64,000 nt of DNA from Thermoproteota archaeon (GCA_038861395.1 JAWCDE010000005.1:5022-69021); one strand, 5' to 3'; counted from the stretch's first letter, positions 38,610 through 49,233 are shown. The notes: generated by a model from the letters alone, not told the origin. Numbers and translations: made by a program.

Positions 38610-39008
38610 ATGGTTAAGAGGCTTACCGTACTAGATACTGAGAAGTGCGTAGGATGCCAGCTATGCATGTTCGCATGTTCAAGAAGGTTCGGCGTGGGAG
38701 GGTTTGCAAAATCAGCAATACACGTTAAATCCATTGGAGGCGTTGAAAGAGGATTTGCAGTAGTAGTATGTAGAGCCTGTCCTTCCCCTCCGTGTATGAA
38801 GGTCTGCATAACAGATGCTCTGGTCTTAAGGAAGGGGGGAGGCGTAATACTCAATAGTTCTAAATGCATAGGGTGTGGTAGATGTGTTGAAGCCTGCCCC
38901 TTCGGCGCAGTCTTCTGGGATGATGAAGCCAATAAGCCAAATATATGCGTCCACTGCGGATACTGCGTAAACTATTGTCATTATGGCGTAATAAAGTTAA
39001 AGGAGTGA
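38610..39008 (+). CDS. Multi-[4Fe-4S] ferredoxin-like subunit of the oxidoreductase
   Basis: CVGCQLCMFAC, CRAC...C...C, CIGCGRCVEACP, CVHCGYCVNYC. Confidence 0.9.
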   Translation: MVKRLTVLDTEKCVGCQLCMFACSRRFGVGGFAKSAIHVKSIGGVERGFAVVVCRACPSPPCMKVCITDALVLRKGGGVILNSSKCIGCGRCVEACPFGAVFWDDEANKPNICVHCGYCVNYCHYGVIKLKE

Positions 39009-39014
39009 TGAGTA

Positions 39015-40757
39015 TTGAGGCTTGACAGAGTGCTTTACGTAGATCTTTCGCGAAGAAGTTTCCATGCTGAGAATAGGCCTGACTTGTTTGAAGAGTATTT
39101 AGGTGGTGTAGGAGTTGCAATAAGGCTTCTTGCCGAGGAATGCCCGCCCAATACTGATCCGCTCGGGCCTGATAACCCTATAATATTTTCAGTCGGTCCC
39201 CTAACCGGTTTATTCCCAATGGCTTCTAAAACGATTGCGATGTTCAAGTCACCGCTTACTGGAAACTTGGGTGAAAGCCATGCAGGGGGCAGGACTGCTA
39301 GTGCCATCCGCATGGCGGGCTATGGTGCAATCGTAATAAGAGGCTCTAGTGAGACTCCAGTATACTTGGCAATCCATGGGGATAAAGTGTACTTCAGAGA
39401 CGCCTCTGGACTATGGGGCGTTGAGAACAGCTATACGGTTGGCAGAGTGATAAGAGAGCTTGAGAAGGGAGCCGGCTTTAGGACTATAATGAGAATCGGC
39501 AGCGCTGGTGAGAAAATGGTTTCATACGCAAGCGTTGTAGTAGAAACATACCGTCACTTTGGTAGATTAGGACTTGGAGCGGTCTTCGGAAGCAAAAAGC
39601 TAAAGGCCATTGTAATATCTGGAAAATACTCGATTAAAATAAGGGATGTGGGTTATTACAGGAATGTGTATGATGAGATATTCAATCTGGCTGTTAAGTC
39701 TCTATTGATGAAGAAGTATCATGATATTGGGACTTCCTCTAACGTCCTACCGCTTAATGAACTTAAAGCATTACCATCCTTCAATTTGAAAGAGACTAGT
39801 CTTGAAAACGCTGAGGATATCTCTGGGGAAAACCTGGCCCAGAAATATTTAGGTAGGAGAATCGCCTGTTCTCACTGTCCTGTTGCATGCATACATTTAG
39901 CTACTTTAAGGGAACCGTATGAAGACGAGCCATACTTCTACAAGACTACAATGATCCCATACGATTACGAACCATTGTATGCTCTTGGATCTATGCTTGG
40001 TGTCACCGACTCGGTTGAATGGCTTAAGCTAATGGATGAAGTAGAAATTCAAGGACTAGACGCCATAAGTACAGGCGTTACTCTTGCTTGGGCTACTGAA
40101 GCATATGAGAGGGGGATCATAACACGTAATGAAACGCTGGGCGTAGAGCTTAAATGGGGGGATTCAAATTCATACAGAGAGGCTATTAGAAAAATCGTTC
40201 ACCAACCCAACGAGTTCTACTCGGCTTTAGCCAGAGGAGTTGAATACGCTGCTTCAAAATATGGTGGTTTAGATTTCGCATTGTCTTTCGGAGGAAACGA
40301 GATGCCCGGTTATCACACGGGTCCAGCTGCCTACCTAACGTTCTTAACGGGCTCTAGACATAGTCACCTCGATAGTGCGGGATACAGCATCGATGAAGAG
40401 GATGCTAAAACTGGCGTAAATAGAACGCCTAAGGAAATAGCTGAAATCCTTTTCAGAGAGGAGTCTTGGCGTCAAATATTGTCAAGCCTAGTTTTATGTT
40501 TCTTCGCAAGAGGGATCTACACGCCTGAGATAGTTGTAAAAACTCTGAAAGTCGTCGGCTTAGACACTACAGAAGAATCTTTAAGAAAAACAGGAGTAGA
40601 AACCCTCAAGAATAAGTATCTATTTAAGATAAGAGAGGGTTTTAAACCTGACTTACTTAGAATTCCGAGAAGAATACTGGAGAAAGAGTCTCCATTAGGA
40701 ATGTTAAATGAAAGCTTGATGAGAGAAGGGATAATGGAATTTTTCAAAATGTTATAA
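39015..40757 (+). CDS. aor: Tungstopterin aldehyde:ferredoxin oxidoreductase family, large subunit
   Basis: YLGGVG, KSPLTG.LGES.AGG, GRLGLGAVFGSKKLKA, CSHCPVAC, YDYE, GLDAIS, SLVLC.F. Confidence 0.92.
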   Translation: MRLDRVLYVDLSRRSFHAENRPDLFEEYLGGVGVAIRLLAEECPPNTDPLGPDNPIIFSVGPLTGLFPMASKTIAMFKSPLTGNLGESHAGGRTASAIRMAGYGAIVIRGSSETPVYLAIHGDKVYFRDASGLWGVENSYTVGRVIRELEKGAGFRTIMRIGSAGEKMVSYASVVVETYRHFGRLGLGAVFGSKKLKAIVISGKYSIKIRDVGYYRNVYDEIFNLAVKSLLMKKYHDIGTSSNVLPLNELKALPSFNLKETSLENAEDISGENLAQKYLGRRIACSHCPVACIHLATLREPYEDEPYFYKTTMIPYDYEPLYALGSMLGVTDSVEWLKLMDEVEIQGLDAISTGVTLAWATEAYERGIITRNETLGVELKWGDSNSYREAIRKIVHQPNEFYSALARGVEYAASKYGGLDFALSFGGNEMPGYHTGPAAYLTFLTGSRHSHLDSAGYSIDEEDAKTGVNRTPKEIAEILFREESWRQILSSLVLCFFARGIYTPEIVVKTLKVVGLDTTEESLRKTGVETLKNKYLFKIREGFKPDLLRIPRRILEKESPLGMLNESLMREGIMEFFKML

Positions 40758-40881
40758 TAGTCCTTTGAATATAGCGAATATCCGATTTTCCATTTCTAAA
40801 CTTAAATTTCTTTTCTTAACATTTGCTTGAAGGTTCTTCAGAAGGAAGGTTTAAAAGAAATATTGACGTTGATGCTAAAGG

Positions 40882-41724
40882 TTGAATGAGGATAAGAATT
40901 TAGAAGAAATATATGAGGTTATGCCTTGGCCTGAGGACCCTTGGAGTGAAGAAGGGAGGTCGAGGTATGAAGAAGCATTGGAGAGATTTAAGAGGCTTAT
41001 TGCCCAAGAGTGGATACGCTCTTTAATATCGAACAGGGATTGTATAAGTTTGATAGATGTATGCGGAGGAACCGGTATAGGTGGAATAGCTCTCGCAAAG
41101 GCCTTGGCGGAATCTGGAAAACGCATCGACTTGACTATAACCGATCTTAGGAAATCTGCTTTAAAGAAGGCTATTAAATTCGGCAAAGAAGTTGGAGTAG
41201 ATGTCAAGGTTGAACAGTTAGATGCCCTCAGAATTCATGAAACAGGTAAGAAGTATGACATAGGGCTTTTATACGGTAATTCTACTCCTCATTTCAATCC
41301 TTGGAGGCTAGTTAGACTCTTTGCCTCGGTATCGAGTTCAATTAGTGAAAACGGTGTTTTCATAATCGATGAAATCGATAAGATTTACATGTTTCTAATA
41401 AAAGGGTATGAGCTCGTATTCCCCGAAGCCTCTAGGGAAAGGATTGTAATAAGTATGCATAGCGATTACGATCCTATAACTGGCGAGATTAAGAGGCTGG
41501 AGTTCGATCTCGTGAAAAAGAGTAGAGCGGAATTACCATTATACTTCTGGGGATTAGCGGAATTAATGTCCATCGCCTGGCTTTTCTTCGAAGATATTGA
41601 CTTCCTAAGAGACGAGGATAGTAAGAGAGGACAATGCAGGGGACTAATATTAGCCCATAAACCAAGGAGAAGGATTACTCCAAGCGATCTCATCCATCAT
41701 CCTAGAGTGTTATCAGAAAATTGA
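40882..41724 (+). CDS. Class I SAM-dependent methyltransferase
   Basis: LIDVCGGTGIGG, TDLR, LDA, YD. Confidence 0.85.
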   Translation: MNEDKNLEEIYEVMPWPEDPWSEEGRSRYEEALERFKRLIAQEWIRSLISNRDCISLIDVCGGTGIGGIALAKALAESGKRIDLTITDLRKSALKKAIKFGKEVGVDVKVEQLDALRIHETGKKYDIGLLYGNSTPHFNPWRLVRLFASVSSSISENGVFIIDEIDKIYMFLIKGYELVFPEASRERIVISMHSDYDPITGEIKRLEFDLVKKSRAELPLYFWGLAELMSIAWLFFEDIDFLRDEDSKRGQCRGLILAHKPRRRITPSDLIHHPRVLSEN

Positions 41725-41775
41725 GTCCTTAGGGTTGGTGTCTTTAGAAATAGGAATGTTTTATTTTACTGTTAA

Positions 41776-42024
41776 AGAAGTTTAAAATTTTAGAAAGAAA
41801 AAAGAGAGGGTTTAGTGTTTTTAGGGTGCGAATAGTGTTGAGAACCTTGTTGCTGTCGGCCCGACTAGGTTTAGTATTGCAGCCGGCAGCCACATGGCTC
41901 CGAATCCCAGGATCCAGCCTGCTACAATAGGAATAGCATACTCCTCGTACTTCTTAATGCCAACAGTCCTTATTACGACGAACTTTATGATCAAGGCAAT
42001 CAGCGAAGTCATCCACATGTATGT
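41776..42024. repeat. 249-bp perfect inverted repeat, right arm
   Basis: Reverse complement of 23880-24128. Confidence 0.9.
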
Positions 42025-43911
42025 GACTGCAACCATAACTACGTATAGTGCGGGAATGTTTATGAACCATAGGAATGGGATCTTTGTCTTAAGTATGTAG
42101 AGCACTATCCCGAGCAGAAAACCTAAACCATAGAGATACAACAGGTTATACTCGATGGTCAAACCTGTTATTGCAGACCTTCCCTTATGATAATGGCCTT
42201 GCGCAATCCACGGCCACCACCATAGTAGACGATCACTCAATTGATTAATCCCTCCCTTCGTGTTAACGATGAAGTAGGTGTCTAATGGCACGAATATGAA
42301 TAGCAGTATTATCGCACCTATTAATAAGGCGATTAGAAAGTCTTTCAGCCTCATTTTCAACTCATAGGCTATCTTGTAAAGTATCATCATGTTTCCTGCA
42401 GACAGTGGAGAGAATAGGACATTCCAATTATTCACGTTCACAAGGTTCTTGTTTATGGTAAACCATGCTGGGTCAGTGTTAGGGGTACCCCAGGTTACTG
42501 ATTCAGGCGCGGGCCATCCTCTTAAACCAACGCCAGCTAGGTAAGTCGGCTCCCAGATGTACTCATAAGCAGTAACAAACCACCAGATCTCGGAGTATAT
42601 TCTTGCGCAAAGTATGTTGAAGAGGAATATCCATAGGGGTACGAGGAGAGCGATTAGAGGGTCGGCTCCCTCAACCAGCATCAACGCATACCATCCAAAT
42701 CCGCCTATCAACAATAGTGCTGGAATTATTCTCAACGGAAGCTCCCTTTCTTTCCCCCCTTTCCACAAAGATGAGAACACGCTGGCCAGTCTCTTCCTCT
42801 GGGTGAAGATGCACCATACTGGTATTGCAAGCCCCATGCCGTTTGCGGCGAACCATTTGTACGGGAATGGCATTAAATTGCAACCGGCACTTCCATCCCA
42901 ATTCCATACAAATTCCATGCCCGGCGTGTATGCCATCCAGCCCATGGCCACTGCCAGCCCCTGGTATATTACACCGAATACTAGCCAACCGATGATCTGG
43001 GTTAACAGCACATCATTGGATAGAATAAGTCCTATGGCTACTAGTGGCAGGAAGAAGACGAAAGCAGCATAGGCACCGGGTATTGCCTGGGCTAAGAAGG
43101 GTATACCTACGTTAGTTTCGCCCCACCATGCTGCTGCTGGGAACGCTGGCCAGAGCTCAGTTGCTACAGGGGCCATGCCTGTTACCATGCCTATTAGGAA
43201 CATTCCCCAGAAGACTTTCGTTGTTGCTATCTTGAAGTTGAAGAGTCTAGACTTGTTGGTAGTTGGATCAACCTCTCCTGCCTCCTTGAACAGGTGGAGC
43301 GAGGGCAGTGCCATTGGGAACACTAGCCTCTCTTCTTCTATCCACACTCTGCCGAATGCGAACGTTACAAACATGCTTATGAAAGAGTAGAACAGGTATA
43401 TCAGACTCCAGTATACTATCGAAGTTGTTAAGTAGCCCCATGGTACTGCTTGACCCGGAGCCCTCCCGTTGAGAAGCATCGTCGCAATGTCGAATCTTAC
43501 CGGCTCAGGTGGTATTATAGCTGAGGGGACCGCTTTACTCCAATCTTCTCTTAGAGCATCTATTCCAAACGCTAGATAGTCGCTAAACGCTCCATATATC
43601 GGTATGTTTAACGGATTGCCATGAGCTGCAGCATGCATTGCCAGATAGGAATGCATCCCTAGGAATGTGAAGACTGAAAATATGAAAACGTATTCTTGAG
43701 GAGTCAGCCTTAGCTTAGGACTAGCACGTCCCAAAAGCTCCATTACTATTACTATGTATATCATTGGGAGTAAGAAGGTTCCGAAGGTTCCAGGCTTATC
43801 TGTGTAAAGACCCAGCACTACTGAGAGATAGGCGAATATTAATGCTAGGGGGATTGAGAATGCGAGCGATTTTACAGTTAAGCCAGATTTAAGCTCTACT
43901 TCTGAAGTCAT
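41821..43911 (-). CDS. OPT-superfamily / DUF6785-like polytopic membrane protein, copy 2
   Basis: Colinear paralog of 21984-24083 with an identical C-terminus from TYMWMTS onward. Confidence 0.75.
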   Translation of the reverse strand: MTSEVELKSGLTVKSLAFSIPLALIFAYLSVVLGLYTDKPGTFGTFLLPMIYIVIVMELLGRASPKLRLTPQEYVFIFSVFTFLGMHSYLAMHAAAHGNPLNIPIYGAFSDYLAFGIDALREDWSKAVPSAIIPPEPVRFDIATMLLNGRAPGQAVPWGYLTTSIVYWSLIYLFYSFISMFVTFAFGRVWIEEERLVFPMALPSLHLFKEAGEVDPTTNKSRLFNFKIATTKVFWGMFLIGMVTGMAPVATELWPAFPAAAWWGETNVGIPFLAQAIPGAYAAFVFFLPLVAIGLILSNDVLLTQIIGWLVFGVIYQGLAVAMGWMAYTPGMEFVWNWDGSAGCNLMPFPYKWFAANGMGLAIPVWCIFTQRKRLASVFSSLWKGGKERELPLRIIPALLLIGGFGWYALMLVEGADPLIALLVPLWIFLFNILCARIYSEIWWFVTAYEYIWEPTYLAGVGLRGWPAPESVTWGTPNTDPAWFTINKNLVNVNNWNVLFSPLSAGNMMILYKIAYELKMRLKDFLIALLIGAIILLFIFVPLDTYFIVNTKGGINQLSDRLLWWWPWIAQGHYHKGRSAITGLTIEYNLLYLYGLGFLLGIVLYILKTKIPFLWFINIPALYVVMVAVTYMWMTSLIALIIKFVVIRTVGIKKYEEYAIPIVAGWILGFGAMWLPAAILNLVGPTATRFSTLFAP

Positions 43912-44223
43912 AGATTATTTTCACCTTCGTATATGTTTTATACAAAAGTAATATTTAAAGGTTATTCGGTCTTAAATTCATTTTCAAGTATTTTATATCA
44001 AAAAAACAGATACTGGAAAGAATAATTACGAAACTAGCTGGGCTAAACAGTTGTATACTAGCAGTCACACGCATCTATGGGTCTTTATTATGCTTACTGC
44101 CCAATCATAGCTTGTTGGCGTTCAGAATAAAAACAGGCTTATATTTACTTGTCCAATTCTTCAAGCTTTTAAAAGCTATTTTGAAGCATTAAGTTCTTAT
44201 CCTGCTTATACTATGCTCATACT

Positions 44224-45018
44224 ATGAGTTTTGAAATAAAGAGATTGAGAACTGGTGTTGAAGGACTTGATTCGCTTCTTCAAGGAGGGGTACCTGAGGG
44301 TTTTTTCGTAGCCATAACCGGAGAGCCGGGTTGCGGGAAGACAATACTGTCAATACATTTCATAAACAAGGGTGTTGAAGACGGAGATAAGTGCATATAC
44401 GTTACTACTGAGGAGAGCCGGGAATCCATAATTAGACAAGCTTCTCAATTCAACATGGATTTCTCTAAAAAGGTTGAAGAGAACAAGTTGATAATAATAG
44501 ATGCTTTAATGGGTAGAACAGACAAATGGAGCCTTCAAAGCCTGGACATGGATGCACTAGTCTCTAAGATAATAGAGGCCAAGAAAGAGCTTGGATACGG
44601 TAGGGCTAGAGTCGTTATCGATAGCCTTTCAGCATTCTGGCTTGATAAACCGGCAATGGCTAGGAGGTACAGCTATTACGTTAAGAAGGTTCTTTCAAAG
44701 TGGGATTTCACAATACTCGCAGTAAGCCAGTATGCGATAACCACTGCAGAAAGCTTCGGCTTCGGCGTTGAACACATAGCAGACGGGATAATAAGGTTCA
44801 GGAGAATTATCCGTGGAGGCGAGTTGAAAAGGTTCGTGGTGATTGAGAAAATGAGACAGACCGACCACAGCAGATACCTTCATGAGATCGATATTAAGCC
44901 TGGTGTTGGCCTAGTGGTCTTAGGCAGGGTTGAGAAGAGGGTCGAGGACTATAAGTTACCGTTTGAAGTGACGAAGAAAATAATTGAGGCTAAGAAAGAG
45001 GCTGAGAAAGAACTATGA
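44224..45018 (+). CDS. KaiC-like / RecA-superfamily ATPase (single domain, aRadC type)
   Basis: TGVEGLD, GEPGCGKT, YVTTEE, VIDSLS, VEHIADGII, IEKMRQTDH. Confidence 0.9.
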   Translation: MSFEIKRLRTGVEGLDSLLQGGVPEGFFVAITGEPGCGKTILSIHFINKGVEDGDKCIYVTTEESRESIIRQASQFNMDFSKKVEENKLIIIDALMGRTDKWSLQSLDMDALVSKIIEAKKELGYGRARVVIDSLSAFWLDKPAMARRYSYYVKKVLSKWDFTILAVSQYAITTAESFGFGVEHIADGIIRFRRIIRGGELKRFVVIEKMRQTDHSRYLHEIDIKPGVGLVVLGRVEKRVEDYKLPFEVTKKIIEAKKEAEKEL

Positions 45019-45884
45019 ACCCTTGGCTTCCGTCAGAGCATTACGAGAGACCTGAGGTTAAGAGGGAAATAGCTGATTACTGTAGAAACCGGTGGGTTGC
45101 TATCCACTTTGAAGCTGTTGGAGAAAACGGTATGCGTATAATGATCAGGTATGATAGAGGAAAACCATTGACAATAAACTCAGAATCTGAATTCACGGAA
45201 CTAATCAATCGTTACATGAAGTATAGACCAAGGGCATTCTATGCTACAACTCACATTTACTCTAGGCTTAAAATTAGGGAGGATGTTTTAGACAGGAGCA
45301 ACATAGTCTACTCTTCTCCTGTATGGGATATAGACTCTAAAGATGGAGACTGGAAAAGAGTAATCAAAAAGGCTCAGGAGATAGTGGGCTTGTTAGATAG
45401 TTTTGGAGTATCCAAATCGGTTTTCGTAAAGTGGAGCGGCCATGGTGCCCATGTTCACATAAATCCATTCTGTTTCAGCATTGATGTGAGGAAGAAAATA
45501 GAACCGATTGACATAGCATACTCAATAACAAACTTTATTGCTAATAGGCTTGAGCCCACTGAGGGACTTGCTGTTGAAAGCAGGATAGATATTCAGAGGG
45601 TTTTCACTTCGCCCCTATCTCTGCATAGGACTCTAGACCGCGTAGCCATATGCCTACCAACTGATAAACTGGAAGAGTTCGACATAGAATGGACAGACCC
45701 AAAATCATATGTTCATTTTCCAGACTCGTGGAGACGTTTTTCAGACGGCGAGGGGGATGATTTGGCTGAGAGAGCCTTCGCTTCCATAGGTCCATACATA
45801 ACCGGAAAGCATCGGAGGAGAAAACATAAGCCACTTGATACTGAAATACTGGAAACAATCAGAAAATTTGGTAGTCAACTCTAA
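45015..45884 (+). CDS. Archaeo-eukaryotic primase (AEP) superfamily catalytic-domain protein
   Basis: Motif I WDID, motif II KWSGHGAHVH, R.FTSPLSLH; ATGA overlap with the KaiC-like gene. Confidence 0.75.
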   Translation: MNPWLPSEHYERPEVKREIADYCRNRWVAIHFEAVGENGMRIMIRYDRGKPLTINSESEFTELINRYMKYRPRAFYATTHIYSRLKIREDVLDRSNIVYSSPVWDIDSKDGDWKRVIKKAQEIVGLLDSFGVSKSVFVKWSGHGAHVHINPFCFSIDVRKKIEPIDIAYSITNFIANRLEPTEGLAVESRIDIQRVFTSPLSLHRTLDRVAICLPTDKLEEFDIEWTDPKSYVHFPDSWRRFSDGEGDDLAERAFASIGPYITGKHRRRKHKPLDTEILETIRKFGSQL

Positions 45885-45964
45885 ATTTAATTCTTTATTT
45901 ATTAAAAGGATAAACTTTAGGGTAAAATTTATTAATTGTGGGATAAATATTGATTTTAGGGACA

Positions 45965-46213
45965 ATGGCAATAGTTAGGGTTGACGAAAGAGGGAGGATG
46001 ACTATTCCGAGAGAAATTGGTGTTAGAGGAACTAGAGCTATAGTCATACCTGCGGGCAGTTTCTTCTTAACGATACCTCTTCCTCAGTCTCCTCGCGAAG
46101 AAACGGGGAAGTGGCTTATTACCAAAAAAAGCAGGGGTGAGCTTAAAAAGTTGGCGGAGGCAGCTGCAAAAGAGGATGCTGTGAAGAGAGCGAAGAGGCG
46201 GAAACAACTTTGA
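45965..46213 (+). CDS. vapB: AbrB/MazE-type antitoxin
   Basis: VRVDERGRMTIPREI; overlaps the PIN gene. Confidence 0.8.
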   Translation: MAIVRVDERGRMTIPREIGVRGTRAIVIPAGSFFLTIPLPQSPREETGKWLITKKSRGELKKLAEAAAKEDAVKRAKRRKQL

Positions 46214-46626
46214 TGATTGAGACGGATATAATTTATGCATACGTTAAGACGGAGGATTGGCTAAAAAATATTGCAGAGAAGTTAATACGGAGGATTTCAA
46301 AAGGAGAATTTGGAACAGTATATGCTTCGAGGGAGGTTTTTCACGAGATGTATTACGTTTCGCAGCAAGAGGGTGTTTCCATAGATGAATATATTTCTAG
46401 AGTTGCTGCATTAACTGCCATAGAGAATATTGTCTTCTTAGAAACCACGTCTGAAATTGACCTTTTGGCACTAGTCCTGATGAAACAATACAGATTTAAA
46501 TCTATTTTTGATGCCTATTATGCTGCAACAGCATTAAATCAGGTTCCAGACCATTCAATAGTATCTACAGATACTGTCTTTGACAATGTAGCTGGGATAA
46601 AAAGAATCGACCCTCGCGAAATATAG
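46210..46626 (+). CDS. vapC: PIN-domain toxin
   Basis: IETDIIYA, E, FDAYYAATA, STDTVFD. Confidence 0.85.
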   Translation: MMIETDIIYAYVKTEDWLKNIAEKLIRRISKGEFGTVYASREVFHEMYYVSQQEGVSIDEYISRVAALTAIENIVFLETTSEIDLLALVLMKQYRFKSIFDAYYAATALNQVPDHSIVSTDTVFDNVAGIKRIDPREI

Positions 46627-46762
46627 GTGTCATGTAAAATATTCTCATTCTTTAACTAACCTTGTTAAAAGTGCCTGACCCTCCTTATTCGTTAAATCAT
46701 CCATAAGTCTATAATCGTAGACATGAAAACATTATATTTTGCCTTCTCAACTAAAAAATCGT

Positions 46763-47725
46763 ATGAGTGAAAGTGACGAAAAGATTGGTTTCGATTCTTC
46801 TAGAGCAGAACTTTTCGAAGCCCTAGGACATCCTATTCGCGTTAAGATTATTGAATCTCTAAGTAAAACGCCTCTCAGTTTCTCTGAGCTTAAGAAAAGG
46901 ATAGGGGTTGAGAGCAGTGGCCACCTCCAGTTTCATTTGAATAAATTGAATGGGCTTGTAGAAACCACGTCGGAGGGAAGCTACAAGCTTACTGACGATG
47001 GAAGAGAAGCTCTGAGGATAATGGGAACAATGAAGGAAACCGCTGAAACAGATATTGGGCATGATTCTAAAAATGGAATACTAAAATTTTCGATAGCATA
47101 TTCCCTTATTGTATTCATAGTTCTGATTTTTCTGAGCCTATACCTTCTGTCTTATCAAGAACAGGCTTTGCCTCCAAGTACTTCTCTTGGTGTTCCTCTG
47201 GAAATAGTTTGCCCGAGTTGGGATACTGCTATTCCCTTATACGTAAAGCCAAATCGGTCTGTTACACTCACATATACTATAAACTACAATTGGACATATC
47301 CCTCAATATTATGTGGAAACACTTCTATTCTAATAGAAGAATACCTGGCTCCTGAAAATACTTTTGAAGTCTCTGAATATGATTTAGGAAGTTATAATTT
47401 CTATTTTAATCCCATGGGTGGCGGGTTCATAGTACGGGTGTATTCGCCAGGAGGCGACCTGCTTGGTGAATGGAAGGGTGAGCCCGCAGGTGAAGGTCTG
47501 GTATGTGGTGGAGGTTTATGCTGGCTTATTGATAAGCCCGGTACTTACCGCATCATCATTTCAAATCTTGATTCATCAGAACGCGAGGTCAGAGGCACAT
47601 TTCAATTTACTCGTAACCGTTTTCAAAGGCCTTATGCTAAAATAGGCTATGTAACGCTATCCTTGGTAATTATCTATTTATTTGGAATATTAACAGTTTA
47701 TCTTGTGGGAAAACTAAAGAGATAA
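46763..47725 (+). CDS. ArsR-like wHTH fused to TM, extracellular domain and TM (membrane-bound one-component regulator)
   Basis: FEALGHPIRVKII...SFSELKK...SSGHLQFHLNKL...YKLTDDG, then TM, beta-rich loop, C-terminal TM. Confidence 0.8.
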   Translation: MSESDEKIGFDSSRAELFEALGHPIRVKIIESLSKTPLSFSELKKRIGVESSGHLQFHLNKLNGLVETTSEGSYKLTDDGREALRIMGTMKETAETDIGHDSKNGILKFSIAYSLIVFIVLIFLSLYLLSYQEQALPPSTSLGVPLEIVCPSWDTAIPLYVKPNRSVTLTYTINYNWTYPSILCGNTSILIEEYLAPENTFEVSEYDLGSYNFYFNPMGGGFIVRVYSPGGDLLGEWKGEPAGEGLVCGGGLCWLIDKPGTYRIIISNLDSSEREVRGTFQFTRNRFQRPYAKIGYVTLSLVIIYLFGILTVYLVGKLKR

Positions 47726-47765
47726 ATGTAAGTGATTTCAAATAACAGTCTGGAAAGAAATAGAC

Positions 47766-48092
47766 TTATTGCCTGAGTTCCATGCTCATCCATTTAAAAT
47801 AGTCTTTATATCCAAAAGCTATCGACATTGAAATAATTTCTGGAATCTCATAAGGATGGTTCTCTCTAACAGTTTTTTCAAGCTCTCCATAGAGATCTCT
47901 TCTGCTTTTGATTATGCACAGCCATTCTTCTGCCTCCTCTATTTTCCCCTTCCACCAATATAGGCTTGATATGGGACCAACTATTTGAACACACCCCGCC
48001 AGCCTCTTCTCCAATAGTATTTTCGCAATCCTTAAAGCATCTTCTTTTTTCTCCACCGTTGTTAAAATCTGAATATATTCCATCTCGCTCAT
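47766..48092 (-). CDS. cutA: Divalent-cation tolerance protein CutA
   Basis: LLEKRLAGCVQ, SLYWWKGKIE, HPYEIPEII. Confidence 0.95.
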   Translation of the reverse strand: MSEMEYIQILTTVEKKEDALRIAKILLEKRLAGCVQIVGPISSLYWWKGKIEEAEEWLCIIKSRRDLYGELEKTVRENHPYEIPEIISMSIAFGYKDYFKWMSMELRQ

Positions 48093-48207
48093 AGCCTGTC
48101 CTAAATTTTAAAGAGGATTTATTAATGTAGTTTGACTATACCGATTTTCAAACTGCTTTAAAAGATCAACCTAATGTTTTATAGCTTCCCCAAAACCCTC
48201 ATAGATT

Positions 48208-49233
48208 ATGAGTAATAATAGGCTTTATATTCCTGACCCGGTTTCAGCCGGAATAATATTGTCGTACAAGTGTAATAGCGAATGTAAGCATTGCATGTAT
48301 GCCTGCTCCCCCCTATGGAAAGCCCATTGGCTTACTAAGGAGGATATTGGGCTTATTCTAAAGCAACTGGCTTCAAGGATTAAGCCAAGCCCATATGGTC
48401 CTGAAAGTATTGGTGTAAACTACGGGCTACATTTTACTGGTGGAGAGCCGTTTCTAAATTATGATCTTCTTTTAGATGCTGTTAAAACTGCGAATGATTT
48501 TGGAATTCCTTCAACTTTCGTTGAAACTAACTGCTTCTGGTGCGTTGACGATGAGCAAGTCGGTGAAAAACTCGTAGCCTTAAAAAAGGCTGGGTTAAAG
48601 GGAATACTGATCAGTGTAAATCCCTTTATACTAGAGCAGGTTCCTTTCGAAAGAGTTGAGAGGGCAGTCAGGATAAGTGAAAAAGTTTTTGGCAATAATG
48701 CAATCATATATCAAGAAATCTACTATCATCGTTTTAAAAAACTGAGTATAAGGGGTACTGTTGCTCTAGACCAATATTTGAAGATAGATGGGTGGGCGTT
48801 ACATTATTCGGAGCTTCTTCCAATGGGAAGAGCCTGCTATAAGCTAAAGCATCTGTTCGTAAAGCGTCCTGCTAAAGCCTTCTTTAACGACTCTTGCGTA
48901 TCTGAGCTCACTAGGAACTGGCATGTTCACATAGATAATTATTTCAATTATATGACAGGTTATTGTGGTGGTATATCTCTCGGAGACGCTAGGAATCTGG
49001 ATGATTTAATACGGGAAGGAGTAAGTTTGGATGATAGGCCAATACTGCGCGCGCTCGTCACAAGTATCAAAAACCTTTATGAATTCGCAGCCAGGGAATT
49101 CAACTATAGGGATAACGGAGAAGGATATGTTTCTAAATGCCATCTTTGTATAGATATAAGGAGACACATAGTGCAACAAACAAACGAATTTAAAGAGCTC
49201 CAACCGAGAGAACTTTATTATAATTTAGAGTGA
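48208..49233 (+). CDS. Radical SAM protein
   Basis: [18 protein letters not shown]; C-terminal C...C and CHLC. Confidence 0.9.
   Translation: MSNNRLYIPDPVSAGIILSYKCNSECKHCMYACSPLWKAHWLTKEDIGLILKQLASRIKPSPYGPESIGVNYGLHFTGGEPFLNYDLLLDAVKTANDFGIPSTFVETNCFWCVDDEQVGEKLVALKKAGLKGILISVNPFILEQVPFERVERAVRISEKVFGNNAIIYQEIYYHRFKKLSIRGTVALDQYLKIDGWALHYSELLPMGRACYKLKHLFVKRPAKAFFNDSCVSELTRNWHVHIDNYFNYMTGYCGGISLGDARNLDDLIREGVSLDDRPILRALVTSIKNLYEFAAREFNYRDNGEGYVSKCHLCIDIRRHIVQQTNEFKELQPRELYYNLE

Noticed and set aside
24129-41775. Composite transposon or integrated element bounded by the inverted repeats
   Set aside because: The repeats are 3' ends of transporter paralogs; no transposase, integrase or target-site duplication was seen.
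21984-43911. Diversity-generating retroelement explaining the paralog similarity
   Set aside because: No reverse transcriptase; differences are not adenine-specific; both copies are full genes.
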